From Alphaproteobacteria bacterium (lineage in GTDB: Bacteria > Pseudomonadota > Alphaproteobacteria > UBA828), in NCBI GenBank assembly GCA_965214705.1, contig OZ243972.1, positions 2,432,001-2,496,000 of the forward strand: DNA of 64,000 nt, in the 5' to 3' direction. Within the stretch, counting starts at the first letter, position 1. Each line of letters starts with the position of its first letter. Below, in pieces: positions 43,491-52,796 of this stretch. The position numbers were made by a program, and so were the translations under genes. Under the pieces are notes generated by a model that was not told where the DNA came from, did not search any database, and saw only the letters and a program-made list of their open reading frames with translations.

Positions 43491-44603
43491 CTAAGCCGCC
43501 GCCCGGTCGCCGAGGGCGCGCCTGAGCCTGGGGATGACCTCGTCGGCCATGAGCCGCATCGAGGTCAGCTGGTGCGCCTTGTGGGTCTCGTTCAGGCAAT
43601 CGGTCGCCGTCATCAGGATGGTGCCGAAGGGCCCCACCTCCTCGCGCAGCGCGAGGATCTCCCGGGCCACCGAGTCCGGGTCTCCCGCGATGGAGAAGGC
43701 GTCGCAGGCGTACTCGGGCGTCACGTCCTCGTCCGCCATCTCGGGCCCGCTCTTCATGATGGCGTGGAAGGCAGCGCGTCTCACCAGTGTCACCAGGTAG
43801 CCGTAGTAGTGGGCGAACGGCCCCTCGGGGTCCCGCACGTAGGCCTTGGCCCAGGCGTTGTCGGCGGCGACGAAGATCGAGCGGGCGACGCGCCAGTCCG
43901 CCGGCCCCGGCTCGCGTCCGCTCCGCGCGCAGCCGTCCGAGAATCCCTGCCAGTGGTTCTTGATGGTCGAGACCGGCACGAAATTGGCCGAGATCACGCC
44001 CCAGCCGCGCGCCGCAGCGCTGCGCACGCCGCCCGAATCCGGGCTCATGGCGGAGGCCACGAGCGGCGGATGCGGCTTCTGGTAGGGCTTGATCATGGCG
44101 CCGACGCCGAGGTCGGGCCAGTGATAGTCCTCCAGCCTCAGGGTCCAGTACTTGCCCCGGATGTCGTAGGGCGGCTCGGTGGACCAGAGCTTGAGCACGG
44201 TCTCGATGGCCTCACCCGCCATCTCGCGGCGGACCTGGAGGTCGGTCACGCCGAACATCTCGAAGTCGCTGACCAGCCCGCCGGGGCTCACGCCCAGGAT
44301 CAGGCGCCCGTCGCTCAGGTGGTCCAGCAGCGCGGCATGGGCCGCGGTCTGCACCGGGTGGCGCTGGGGCAGGTTGACCACGCCGGTGCCGAGCTTCATG
44401 CGGGTCGTCCGCGCGATCAGGTTGGAGAGGAACATGAAGGGGCAGGTCACCGGCTCGCTCAGCGTCGTGTAGTGCTCGCCGATCCAGAACTCGTCGAAGC
44501 CGAGGCGATCGCAGGCGACCGCGATCTCCACGTCTTCCTTGAGCACCGTGTGGGTGTCCCGCCGGTGATCGTTCACCGGCATCATGAACATACCGAGCTT
44601 CAT
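43491..44603 (-). CDS. LLM-class flavin-dependent oxidoreductase (paralog of 4984..6087)
   Basis: MKLGMFMMP, WIGEHY, GTGVVNLP and KPYQKPHPP motifs. Confidence 0.85.
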   Translation of the reverse strand: MKLGMFMMPVNDHRRDTHTVLKEDVEIAVACDRLGFDEFWIGEHYTTLSEPVTCPFMFLSNLIARTTRMKLGTGVVNLPQRHPVQTAAHAALLDHLSDGRLILGVSPGGLVSDFEMFGVTDLQVRREMAGEAIETVLKLWSTEPPYDIRGKYWTLRLEDYHWPDLGVGAMIKPYQKPHPPLVASAMSPDSGGVRSAAARGWGVISANFVPVSTIKNHWQGFSDGCARSGREPGPADWRVARSIFVAADNAWAKAYVRDPEGPFAHYYGYLVTLVRRAAFHAIMKSGPEMADEDVTPEYACDAFSIAGDPDSVAREILALREEVGPFGTILMTATDCLNETHKAHQLTSMRLMADEVIPRLRRALGDRAAA

Positions 44604-44688
44604 CCTGCCCTCTCCCTAAACCGGGCCGGACTGAAACATGGAGCGCAGTGCGGAGCAAGCGCCGGCCCCGGTCGTAGGCGAGACAGGT

Positions 44689-45726
44689 TCAACACTCTTC
44701 GATCTTGCCGCCGGCGTCACGCCAGGCGGCGATGCCGCCGATCATGTGGCAGACATTGCCGAGCCCGCCCTCGCGCGAGGCATCGACCGCCATGGCCGAG
44801 CGCTCGCCGAAGGCGCAATAGTAGACCAGCCGATGCCCCGGCCGGCCGGCGAGCGCGCGCAAGGCTCCGCCCGGCCGGATCATGCCGGCGAGCTGGCCGT
44901 AGGGTGCGTGGATCGAGTTCGGGATTGTGCCTTCCCGGCTACGCTCCCCTTCCTCCCGCAGGTCGACGAGGATGTCGTCGGGCCGTTGCCCGTGCATGAC
45001 ATCCTGCGCCGTCATCGCGCACTCGGGGTGTGCCTCGTCCGCCTGGCCGCGGCCCACCTGCAGGTTCGCCGGCACCGCCACGTCCATCATCTTGGGGTTG
45101 GCGAGGTTGAGGCCATTCATCAGCGCGGCGTAATCGGCGGGCGTTGCGACTTGCAGGCGCGGGTTGAAGCGCTTCTCCTCGCCGACGGTGCTCACCGTGT
45201 CGCCCTTGTAGTCGTGGCCGGGATAGACCAGCGTCTCCTCGGGCAGGGTCAGCAGCTTGTCGAAGAGCGAGGCGTATTGCTGGAGCGGATCACCGTTCTG
45301 AAAGTCGGTGCGGCCGGTGCCCCGGATCAGCAGCGTGTCCCCGGTGAAGACGCGGTCCTCCATGACGAAGCTGTAGGATTCCGCCGTGTGGCCCGGCGTG
45401 TGCAGCGCGCGCAGACTGACGCCTTCGATCTCCACCGGGTCGCCGTCGCCCACCCGCATCGAGACCACGTCCACCGGCGCCTCCCGGCCCATCACGGTGA
45501 CGCACTTCGTGCGGTCGCGGAGCTCCGCCATGCCGCTGATGTGGTCGGCATGCACGTGGGTATCCACCACCTTGGCGAGGATCAGGTCGAGCTCGTCGAG
45601 CAGCGTCAGATAGCGCTCCACCTGCTCCTGCACCGGGTCGATGATGAGCGCCTCGCCGCCCGCGCGCCCGCCCAGCAGGTAGGTGTAGGTGCCCGAGGCC
45701 ATGTGATAGAGCTGGCGAAAGATCAT
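44689..45726 (-). CDS. Persulfide dioxygenase (ETHE1-like MBL fold) fused to a rhodanese domain
   Basis: THVHADHIS, TPGHT, GTGRTDFQ and YPGHDY motifs, then a C-terminal rhodanese YCAFGERS. Confidence 0.88.
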   Translation of the reverse strand: MIFRQLYHMASGTYTYLLGGRAGGEALIIDPVQEQVERYLTLLDELDLILAKVVDTHVHADHISGMAELRDRTKCVTVMGREAPVDVVSMRVGDGDPVEIEGVSLRALHTPGHTAESYSFVMEDRVFTGDTLLIRGTGRTDFQNGDPLQQYASLFDKLLTLPEETLVYPGHDYKGDTVSTVGEEKRFNPRLQVATPADYAALMNGLNLANPKMMDVAVPANLQVGRGQADEAHPECAMTAQDVMHGQRPDDILVDLREEGERSREGTIPNSIHAPYGQLAGMIRPGGALRALAGRPGHRLVYYCAFGERSAMAVDASREGGLGNVCHMIGGIAAWRDAGGKIEEC

Positions 45727-45834
45727 GGTCCGTCGTCCGCCGGTCTATTGGATCGCCTCATTGTAAGGCCTCGCTGCGCCCGCGGGCCACTGGGGAGCGC
45801 TGCCAGCGCAGCCCTCCTCGACTGCAGCTGCTAA

Positions 45835-45983
45835 GGAACCTCTGATTTATCAGGGGTTCCCGTGGCACAGGGATGTGCCACCATTTTCGGTGGCTGTAAG
45901 TCACTGAAAATGTGAGCAAAGCGGAAAGCGCGCTTCCGCCTTGCGCGTCTGAGAAATGCAGGAGGCACTTATTCAGACCTTCC
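45835..45983. mobile_element. 149-bp non-autonomous IS5-type element (MITE)
   Basis: Ends GGAACCTCTGATTTA and TTATTCAGACCTTCC (11/15 IR); CTAA directly repeated at 45831-45834 and 45984-45987; no ORF. Confidence 0.75.
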
Positions 45984-45988
45984 CTAAG

Positions 45989-46642
45989 TCATCTGGGTGG
46001 CGAACCGGTGTCGATCCTGCGCCAGACGGTCGCGAGCCACGGCTGCTCGCGGCGCGGGCGGCCGGGCGGCCGATAGTAGTGGTGCAGCTCGGCGAAGCCC
46101 GCGCCGGTGACGAGGGCGCGCCAGGTCTCCAGGTCCCAGAAGCAGCCGTAGCGCCCGCCGACCCAGCCTTCCTGGTTATCCCCGCGCGGATTGGAGCAGA
46201 ACAGCACGCCCCCGGGCTTCAGCGCTGCCGCGAGGTCGGCGAGCACACGCGCGATCTGGCTGCTCGGCACGTGGAAGAGCGAGGCGTTGGCGAAGATCCC
46301 GTCGAAGCGTGCGGCCGGCAGGTCGAGGGCGAGAAAGTCCTGGTGCAGCACCGGGCAGTCGGTCTCGGCACGGGCGAGGGCGACCAGCTCCGCCGCACCG
46401 TCCAGCCCCACGACCTCGTGCCCGAGTTCGGTGAAGGCCAGCAGGTCGCGGCCCGGCCCGCAGCCGAGATCGAGGATCGCGTAGGGCAGATCGCCCTCGA
46501 TCGCGTCGAGCAGGGCGGCGATGTTCTGGCTCACGTCGTGGTCGGCCGTGCCCTGACGGTACGCGTCCGCCATGCGGTCGTACTCCGCGAGCGTGATGGC
46601 GGTTGCCTCCCGCGCCTCCTCGTCTCGCGGCGATCTATTCAT
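45989..46642 (-). CDS. Class I SAM-dependent methyltransferase
   Basis: ILDLGCGPGRD, FDGIFANASLFHVP and LKPGG motifs. Confidence 0.9.
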   Translation of the reverse strand: MNRSPRDEEAREATAITLAEYDRMADAYRQGTADHDVSQNIAALLDAIEGDLPYAILDLGCGPGRDLLAFTELGHEVVGLDGAAELVALARAETDCPVLHQDFLALDLPAARFDGIFANASLFHVPSSQIARVLADLAAALKPGGVLFCSNPRGDNQEGWVGGRYGCFWDLETWRALVTGAGFAELHHYYRPPGRPRREQPWLATVWRRIDTGSPPR

Positions 46643-46713
46643 CGAATCAACGCCTTGGCGTCGCGATGGCCGCCGCGGCGCGTCTGCGCTAGACTCGGCG
46701 TAGGGGAGGCCCT

Positions 46714-49080
46714 ATGAGCCAGCTCGTGAACAGGCCGGCCGTCGCGCCGGAGACGCTCGCCTGCCTCAACGCGCTTGAGCGCAAGGTGCTGTGGCTGTCG
46801 TCGTGGATGGTCCACAACGCGAACCACCTGCGCCCGGCACGCGACGGGCTCAAGGTGGGCGGCCACCAGGCCTCGTGCGCTTCGGTGGCGACGCTGATGA
46901 CAGCGCTCTATTTCGACGTGCTCGGGCCGAACGACCGGGTCGCCGTGAAGCCCCACGCAAGCCCGGTGTTTCACGCGATCCAGTACCTCTTCGGTAATCA
47001 GACCCGCCAGAAGCTCGAAGATTTTCGGGCCCTCGGCGGCGCCCAGAGCTACCCGTCGCGCACCAAGGACAGCGACGACGTCGACATCTCCACGGGCTCG
47101 GTCGGGCTCGGGGTGGGCATGACGCTCTTCGCCTCCATGGTTCAGGACTACGTGCACTTCCACAAGCTCGCGCCCGACCAGCGCCCGCCCGGCCGCATGA
47201 TTGCCGTCATGGGCGATGCCGAGCTCGACGAGGGCAACGTCTTCGAGGCGCTGCTGGAGGGCTGGAAGCACGACGTACGAAACCTCTGGTGGATCATTGA
47301 CTATAACCGCCAGAGCCTCGACCGTGTGGTCTCCGACCGCCTGTTCCAGAAGATCAAGGACTTCTTCCAGGCGGTCGGCTGGCAGGTGGTGATCCTGAAG
47401 TACGGCCGCCGCCAGCAGGCCGCCTTCGCCAAGCCCGGCGGCGAGGCGCTCCGCCAGTGGATCGACGACTGCCCGAACGAGCTCTACTGCGCGCTCACCT
47501 TCAAGGGCGGCGCGGCCTGGCGCGAACGGCTCATCCAGGACGTCGGCCACGTCGCCGGCATGAAGGCGCTGCTCGCCGAGTATGACGACGACGGCCTGCA
47601 GGACCTGATGACCAACCTCGCGGGCCACGACATGGAAGCGGTGCTGGAGGCGCTTCGCGAGGTCGATTCCGACGTTCCCCACTGCTTCATCGCGTACACG
47701 ATCAAGGGCTTCGGGCTGCCCTTCGCCGGCCACAAGGACAATCACGCCGGCATCATGAACGAAGAGCAGATGGCCGACTTCCGCGCCTCGATGCACGTGG
47801 ACGAAGGCTCCGAGTGGTCCCGCTTCGCCGGCCTCGGGCTCGACGAGGAGACCCTGGAGCAGTTCATCGGTGCGGTCCCCTTCAACCGCAAGCCGGGCCG
47901 GCATTCGGCGCCGGCTGTGCCGCTGCCCGACGCGCTGCCCTTCCGCCCCGGCCCCCGCATGTCCACGCAGGAGGCCTTCGGCCGCATTCTCAACGAGCTC
48001 GGCAAGGGCGAGAGCCCGCTCGCCGAGCGCATCGTCACCACCTCGCCCGATGTCACGGTCTCCACCAACCTCGGCGGCTGGGTGAACCAGCGCGGCATCT
48101 TCGACCGCGCCGACCGCGAGGACGTCTTCCGCTCCGAGAAGGTCGTCTCGATGCAGAAGTGGTCGCTCAGCCGGAACGGCCAGCACATCGAGCTCGGGAT
48201 CGCCGAGAACAACCTTTTCCTCCTGCTCGCTGCGCTCGGTCTCAGTGACGACTTCTTCGGATCGCGTCTGCTACCGGTGGGTACGGTCTACGACCCCTTC
48301 ATCGCGCGCGGCCTCGATGCGCTGACCTACGCCTGCTATCAGGACGCGCGCTTCCTGCTGGCGGGCACGCCGTCCGGCATCACGCTTGCGCCCGAAGGTG
48401 GCGCGCACCAGTCGGTCGGCACGCCGCTGCTCGGCATGGGCCAGCCGGGGCTCATCTCCTTCGAGCCGGCGTTCGCCGACGAGGTCGCCGAGATCATGCT
48501 GTGGGGCTTCGGCCACCTGCAGGAGCCCGACGGCGGCGCCGTCTACTGCCGCCTCTCCACCCGCACCATCGATCAGCCCGAGCGCGCGATCGACGCGGCG
48601 CTCCGACACGACCTGCTGGCGGGCGGCTACTGGTTGGTGGAACCCGCGCCGGACGCCCCATTGGCGCTGGTCTTTTCCGGCGCCATCGCGCTCGAGGCGC
48701 GGGAGGCCCATGCGGCGCTGACGGAAGAGATTCCGGGCATCGGACTGCTCGCCGTCACCTCTGCCGACCGACTCTACGGCGACTTGATGGGCGCGACCCA
48801 GGTCCGCGCGCGGGGCGAGGCGACGCTCGCGACCCACGCCGAGGCGCTGCTCGGCCGGCTGCCGCCCGACGCCGCGCTCGTCACCGTGCTGGACGGCCAC
48901 CCGGCCGCACTTTCCTGGCTTGGCACCGTCGCTGGCCACCGCGCCTATCCGCTCGGTGTCACGGGCTTCGGCGAGTCCGGCGATATCCCGGCGCTCTACG
49001 CCAAGCACCGGATCGACACCGACGCCATCCTCGACATGGCCGCACTCGCCTGCGTCGACCGCGCCCGCCGCCGCGCCTGA
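46714..49080 (+). CDS. Thiamine-diphosphate-dependent transketolase-like / AceE-like 2-oxoacid dehydrogenase E1
   Basis: KVGGHQASC, TGSVGLG, GDAELDEG (ThDP motif), ELGIAENN, EGGAHQS and FGESG motifs. Confidence 0.85.
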   Translation: MSQLVNRPAVAPETLACLNALERKVLWLSSWMVHNANHLRPARDGLKVGGHQASCASVATLMTALYFDVLGPNDRVAVKPHASPVFHAIQYLFGNQTRQKLEDFRALGGAQSYPSRTKDSDDVDISTGSVGLGVGMTLFASMVQDYVHFHKLAPDQRPPGRMIAVMGDAELDEGNVFEALLEGWKHDVRNLWWIIDYNRQSLDRVVSDRLFQKIKDFFQAVGWQVVILKYGRRQQAAFAKPGGEALRQWIDDCPNELYCALTFKGGAAWRERLIQDVGHVAGMKALLAEYDDDGLQDLMTNLAGHDMEAVLEALREVDSDVPHCFIAYTIKGFGLPFAGHKDNHAGIMNEEQMADFRASMHVDEGSEWSRFAGLGLDEETLEQFIGAVPFNRKPGRHSAPAVPLPDALPFRPGPRMSTQEAFGRILNELGKGESPLAERIVTTSPDVTVSTNLGGWVNQRGIFDRADREDVFRSEKVVSMQKWSLSRNGQHIELGIAENNLFLLLAALGLSDDFFGSRLLPVGTVYDPFIARGLDALTYACYQDARFLLAGTPSGITLAPEGGAHQSVGTPLLGMGQPGLISFEPAFADEVAEIMLWGFGHLQEPDGGAVYCRLSTRTIDQPERAIDAALRHDLLAGGYWLVEPAPDAPLALVFSGAIALEAREAHAALTEEIPGIGLLAVTSADRLYGDLMGATQVRARGEATLATHAEALLGRLPPDAALVTVLDGHPAALSWLGTVAGHRAYPLGVTGFGESGDIPALYAKHRIDTDAILDMAALACVDRARRRA

Positions 49081-49102
49081 CGCAGAAACGCGGGCAAGGA
49101 AT

Positions 49103-49417
49103 TCAGGCGACCCTGCTCCCTGCCGACTGAGCGGCAGAGGCTCGTTCCCGCCGCGCCTGCGCCAGCTCGTAGCTCGCCTGCATCCGCATCCAGTGCTCGG
49201 CGGTGCCCCAGCCGATATCTTCCAGTGCCAGCGCCATGGATGCCGACACGCCGGCCTTGCCGTTGAGCAGCCGCGACAACGTGCCGCGCTCGCAGCCCAA
49301 GTGGCCCGCCGTCTCGGTAACGCTCCAGCCAACCTCGTCCATGCTTTCGCGGATCAACTCGCCCAGGTGCGGCGGGTTCAGCATGGCCTCCACACGATCG
49401 CTATCGTCGTCGCTCAT
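49103..49417 (-). CDS. higA: HigA family antitoxin
   Basis: PPHLGELIRE, LSRLLNGKAGVS and WMRMQASYEL motifs. Confidence 0.9.
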   Translation of the reverse strand: MSDDDSDRVEAMLNPPHLGELIRESMDEVGWSVTETAGHLGCERGTLSRLLNGKAGVSASMALALEDIGWGTAEHWMRMQASYELAQARRERASAAQSAGSRVA

Positions 49418-49436
49418 GAGCCGTTGCTCCTTCCGA

Positions 49437-49709
49437 TCAGTGGTAGTCGACCAGATCCACGTCCACGGCCTCGCCAGCCTCGAAGCGAAACACTACGCGC
49501 AAGTTGCCGGAGACACGGACGCTCCATTGGCCTGCCCGGTCGCCCGTGAGCGGATGCAACCGGAAGCCGGGGGCATCGGCGCTGCGCGGATGGGATGCTT
49601 CCTGCAGCCGGAACAGAATGCGCCGAAGCCGGGGGACCAAGTGTGCGGGCAGTCGCGCCGGGTCGTCCCACTGGTGCAGTGCGCGCAGGCCCTTGTGCCT
49701 GATCCTCAC
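49437..49709 (-). CDS. higB: HigB (RelE/ParE killer) family toxin
   Basis: IRHKGLR...PGFRLHPLTGDRAGQWSVRVSGNLRVVFRF...DYH; GTG start at 49709, upstream of higA. Confidence 0.9.
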   Translation of the reverse strand: MRIRHKGLRALHQWDDPARLPAHLVPRLRRILFRLQEASHPRSADAPGFRLHPLTGDRAGQWSVRVSGNLRVVFRFEAGEAVDVDLVDYH

Positions 49710-49715
49710 GGGAAT

Positions 49716-49744
49716 ACCGTAACGTGTAGCGCTACACGACGCAA
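49716..49744 (-). promoter_or_regulatory. Putative higBA promoter with perfect 16-bp operator palindrome
   Basis: Minus strand TTGCGT-N17-TACGGT, 6 nt before the GTG; spacer contains CGTGTAGCGCTACACG (49723-49738). Confidence 0.75.
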
Positions 49745-49780
49745 GCGGATACGACCATACTGAATTGCGCGCCGCGCTCT

Positions 49781-50974
49781 TTACGCCGCCGTCCCGGCCT
49801 CTTTGCGCAGGGAGGGCGGCATCCAGCGCACCTGTTTCTCGGTGCCATAGGCGAAGAACTCCGACGGCTTGCGCCGCTGCTTCAGCATCCAGGGGTGCAG
49901 GATCGGCATGTTGTAGTAGAAGCGCGCCGCCCAGTGGGGCCAAAGGATGAGTGGCCACGTGATTGTCGACCAGAGCTGCGTGTGCTCGGAGATCGGCCGC
50001 TGCCGCACCTCCCAGCGCGTGAGTGCCCGGTCGATATCGTCGGTCTCTCGCAGCATGTTGGCGAGCGAAAGCGCGTTCGAGATCGCCGTGCCGCAGCCCT
50101 GGCCGAGGCCAGGCGACATGGCGTGGGCCGAATCGCCTACGATCGCCGCCCGGCCCTTGCTCCAGGCCTTGAGCTTGATCGTCTCGAAGCGGTCGTAGCG
50201 TCCCTCGTCCGGCACGCGGTCGATCATCGATTCGAGGTGCGGAAAGGCCTCGGTCCAGAGCGACTTGGGCAAGGGCAGCCGTGACGCCTCGGTATCGCGC
50301 GCGAGCATGATGAAGGCCAGATAGAAGACCTCTCGCGTGCACGGCGTGTAGAGCACGCGGCGATAGCCGTTCCACCACTCGCGGATGGTGCGCCCCTCTT
50401 CGGTGTCGGCGTAGCCCGGCTCGTGGGGCACGAGCACGCGGATGGCGCCGTCCAAGTGGGGCTTGCGGCTCTTCAGCAGGCCGAGCGAATCGCGCACGTT
50501 GGAGTTGATTCCGTCCGCGCCGATGACCAGGTCCGCCGGCCACTCGCGGCCATCCTCGGTGATCAGCACGCCTTCGGGCCGCGCGCTGGTCGCGGTCGAG
50601 CCGGTGACGATCTCGACGCCCGCGCGCTCCGCCGCGCCCAGAATGGCGCTGAGCAGCTGCTGGCGCGTGATGCAGAACATGCGCGAGCGACCAGTGCTGG
50701 TAATCGGCGCGAAAGGGACCTCGTCGATGTAGCGGCCCTTGGCGTCCCAGCTTATGTAGGTCGGCGCCTCGGTGCAGCCCTCCAGCGCGTCGTCGGCCGC
50801 GCCGATGGCCTTGAGCACGCGCACGCCGTTGTCCCAGATCCAGATGCCGGCGCCGAAGGCGCGGATCTCCTCCGTGCGTTCGTGGACGCGCACGGTCCAG
50901 CCCGCTTGGGCGAGCGCTGCGCCCATGACGAGCCCGGTGAAGCCGCCGCCCGCGATCTCCGCGTGTCGCGTCAT
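49781..50974 (-). CDS. FAD-dependent monooxygenase, 2-methyl-3-hydroxypyridine-5-carboxylate oxygenase (MHPCO)-like
   Basis: AEIAGGGFTGL, HE-x-x-x-EIRAFGAGIWIW-x-NG, GADG and GDSAHAMSPGLGQG; the N-terminus recalls Mesorhizobium MHPCO (from memory). Confidence 0.75.
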   Translation of the reverse strand: MTRHAEIAGGGFTGLVMGAALAQAGWTVRVHERTEEIRAFGAGIWIWDNGVRVLKAIGAADDALEGCTEAPTYISWDAKGRYIDEVPFAPITSTGRSRMFCITRQQLLSAILGAAERAGVEIVTGSTATSARPEGVLITEDGREWPADLVIGADGINSNVRDSLGLLKSRKPHLDGAIRVLVPHEPGYADTEEGRTIREWWNGYRRVLYTPCTREVFYLAFIMLARDTEASRLPLPKSLWTEAFPHLESMIDRVPDEGRYDRFETIKLKAWSKGRAAIVGDSAHAMSPGLGQGCGTAISNALSLANMLRETDDIDRALTRWEVRQRPISEHTQLWSTITWPLILWPHWAARFYYNMPILHPWMLKQRRKPSEFFAYGTEKQVRWMPPSLRKEAGTAA

Positions 50975-50997
50975 GCTCTGCCCGCGCCGCGCGCGTT

Positions 50998-51556
50998 CTA
51001 CGCGGCCGCCTCCGCCTCGGTGCGCAGGTGCGGCGGCATCCAACGCACTTGGTCCTCGGTGCCGTAGGCGTGGAACTCAGACGGCTTACGCCGCTGCTTC
51101 AGCACCCAGGGATGCAGAATCGGCATGTTGAAATAAAGCTTCGCCGCCCAGTGGGGCCAGAGCGTGAGCGGCCAGGTGATCGTGGACCAGAGCTGCGTGT
51201 GCTCGGAGATCGGCCGCTGCCGTGCCTCCCAACGCGCGAGCACCCGCTCGATATCGTCGGATTCGCGGAGCATGTTGGCGAGCGAGAGGGCGTTCGAGAT
51301 CGCCGTGCCGCAGCCCTGGCCGAGCCCCGGCGACATGGCGTGGGCCGAATCGCCCACGATCGCCACCCGGCCCTTGCTCCAGGCGTTGAGCTTGATAGTC
51401 TCGAAGCGGTCGTAGCGGCCCTCGTCCGGCACCCGGCCGATCATCGATGCGATGTGCGGGAAGGCCTCGGACCAGACCGCCCGCGGCAGGGGGATCTGGG
51501 CCGCCTCCTCATCTCGCGCGAGCATGGTGAAGCAGAAGTAGAACACCGCGCGGCGC
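50998..51556 (-). pseudogene. 3' half of a second MHPCO-like oxygenase, 5' truncated at the integrase island
   Basis: VFYFCFTMLARD...RWMPP aligns closely with the C-terminal half of 49781..50974; similarity stops at about 51556. Confidence 0.85.
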
Positions 51557-51671
51557 ACCTGCGGTGCTAAGTATCTGACATAGGGTCGGTTTTTCTCCCG
51601 CATCTTGTTGCATCCGGACGGATCGGTCAACGCCCGGTTCCCCGGCTGCAATCGCAACCGGGAGAGAGGAC

Positions 51672-52793
51672 ATGCCCAAAACCAACCTCACCGACGCCCG
51701 CATCGGGGCGCTCAAGCCCCGCAAGACCGCCTACGACGTCCGCGACGGCAAGCTCAAGGGGTTCGGCATCCGGGTACTGCCCTCGGGCGGCAAGCGCTTC
51801 TTCGTCCACTGCCAGCATCGCGGCAAACGGGTGTGGAAGATCGTCGGAGACGCCGAGGCGATGAGCGTGATCGAGGCGCGCTCGCGCGCGAGCGGGATGC
51901 TGGCCGCGATCAGGCGGGGCGACACCGCGCCGCCCCGTCCCGAGGAGGCGCTCTTCGAGGCCGTCGCGGAGACCGTATTCCGACAACACGAGCGGGTCTG
52001 GAAGCCGCGCACGCTCGCTGTCAACCGGGGCTACCTCCGCAACCAGATCATGCCCCATTTCGCGGGGCGCAATGTCGCCGATATCGACCGGCGCGAGGTG
52101 CGCGACTGGTTCGCCTCGCTCGCCGCGACGCCGGCCGCCGCCGACAGGTCGATGCCGATCCTCTCCGTCGTCATGAAGGAGGCGGAACGGATGGGGCTGC
52201 GGCCCGAGGGCTCCAACCCCTGCCGGGGCATCCGGCGATACCGCCGCAAGGGGCGCCAGCGGTTCCTGTCGGACGACGAGATCCGGAGGCTCTCCCGGGC
52301 GCTCGCGGCGCACGCCGAGGCGTGTCCGGGGCAGGTCGCCGCGATCCGCCTGCTCCTTTTGACCGGATGCCGAAAGAGCGAGATCCTGACGCTCCGCTGG
52401 TCCGACTACCGCGAGGGCCGCCTGTTCCTGCGCGACTCCAAGACCGGACCGAGGACCGTATGGCTGTCCGCGCCCGCGCGGGCCGTCCTCGACGGCATCG
52501 CGCGGACCGGCCGTTGGGTCTTTCCGTCGCCCCATACCGGACGCGCGCACTGCGAACACTGGCTGGACAGCTTCTGGTGGCGCATCCGGGCGGAGGCCGA
52601 TCTCGGCGACGCCCGTCTTCACGATCTCCGCCATACCCATGCCAGCATCGCGCTGCGCGAGGGCGAGACCGTGCTCGCCATCGGCAGACTGCTCGGACAT
52701 GCCGATCCGGGGACCACCCTCAAGTATGCCCACCCGGCCGACGCGATGACGCGGCAGGCCGCCGAGACCATCGGCGCCCTGCTGGGGAGCTGA
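51672..52793 (+). CDS. Tyrosine integrase with N-terminal arm-binding (DUF4102-like) domain
   Basis: LTDARI...D-x-x-LKGFGIRV-x-PSG-x-K N-terminus; catalytic GCRKSE, DSKTG, HDLRH, LLGH and KYAH are intact. Confidence 0.92.
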   Translation: MPKTNLTDARIGALKPRKTAYDVRDGKLKGFGIRVLPSGGKRFFVHCQHRGKRVWKIVGDAEAMSVIEARSRASGMLAAIRRGDTAPPRPEEALFEAVAETVFRQHERVWKPRTLAVNRGYLRNQIMPHFAGRNVADIDRREVRDWFASLAATPAAADRSMPILSVVMKEAERMGLRPEGSNPCRGIRRYRRKGRQRFLSDDEIRRLSRALAAHAEACPGQVAAIRLLLLTGCRKSEILTLRWSDYREGRLFLRDSKTGPRTVWLSAPARAVLDGIARTGRWVFPSPHTGRAHCEHWLDSFWWRIRAEADLGDARLHDLRHTHASIALREGETVLAIGRLLGHADPGTTLKYAHPADAMTRQAAETIGALLGS

Positions 52794-52796
52794 GCC

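Noticed and set aside
49081-49780. Flanking direct repeat around higBA like that of hicAB
   Set aside because: Only 7-8 bp matches were found, which are not significant at this base composition.
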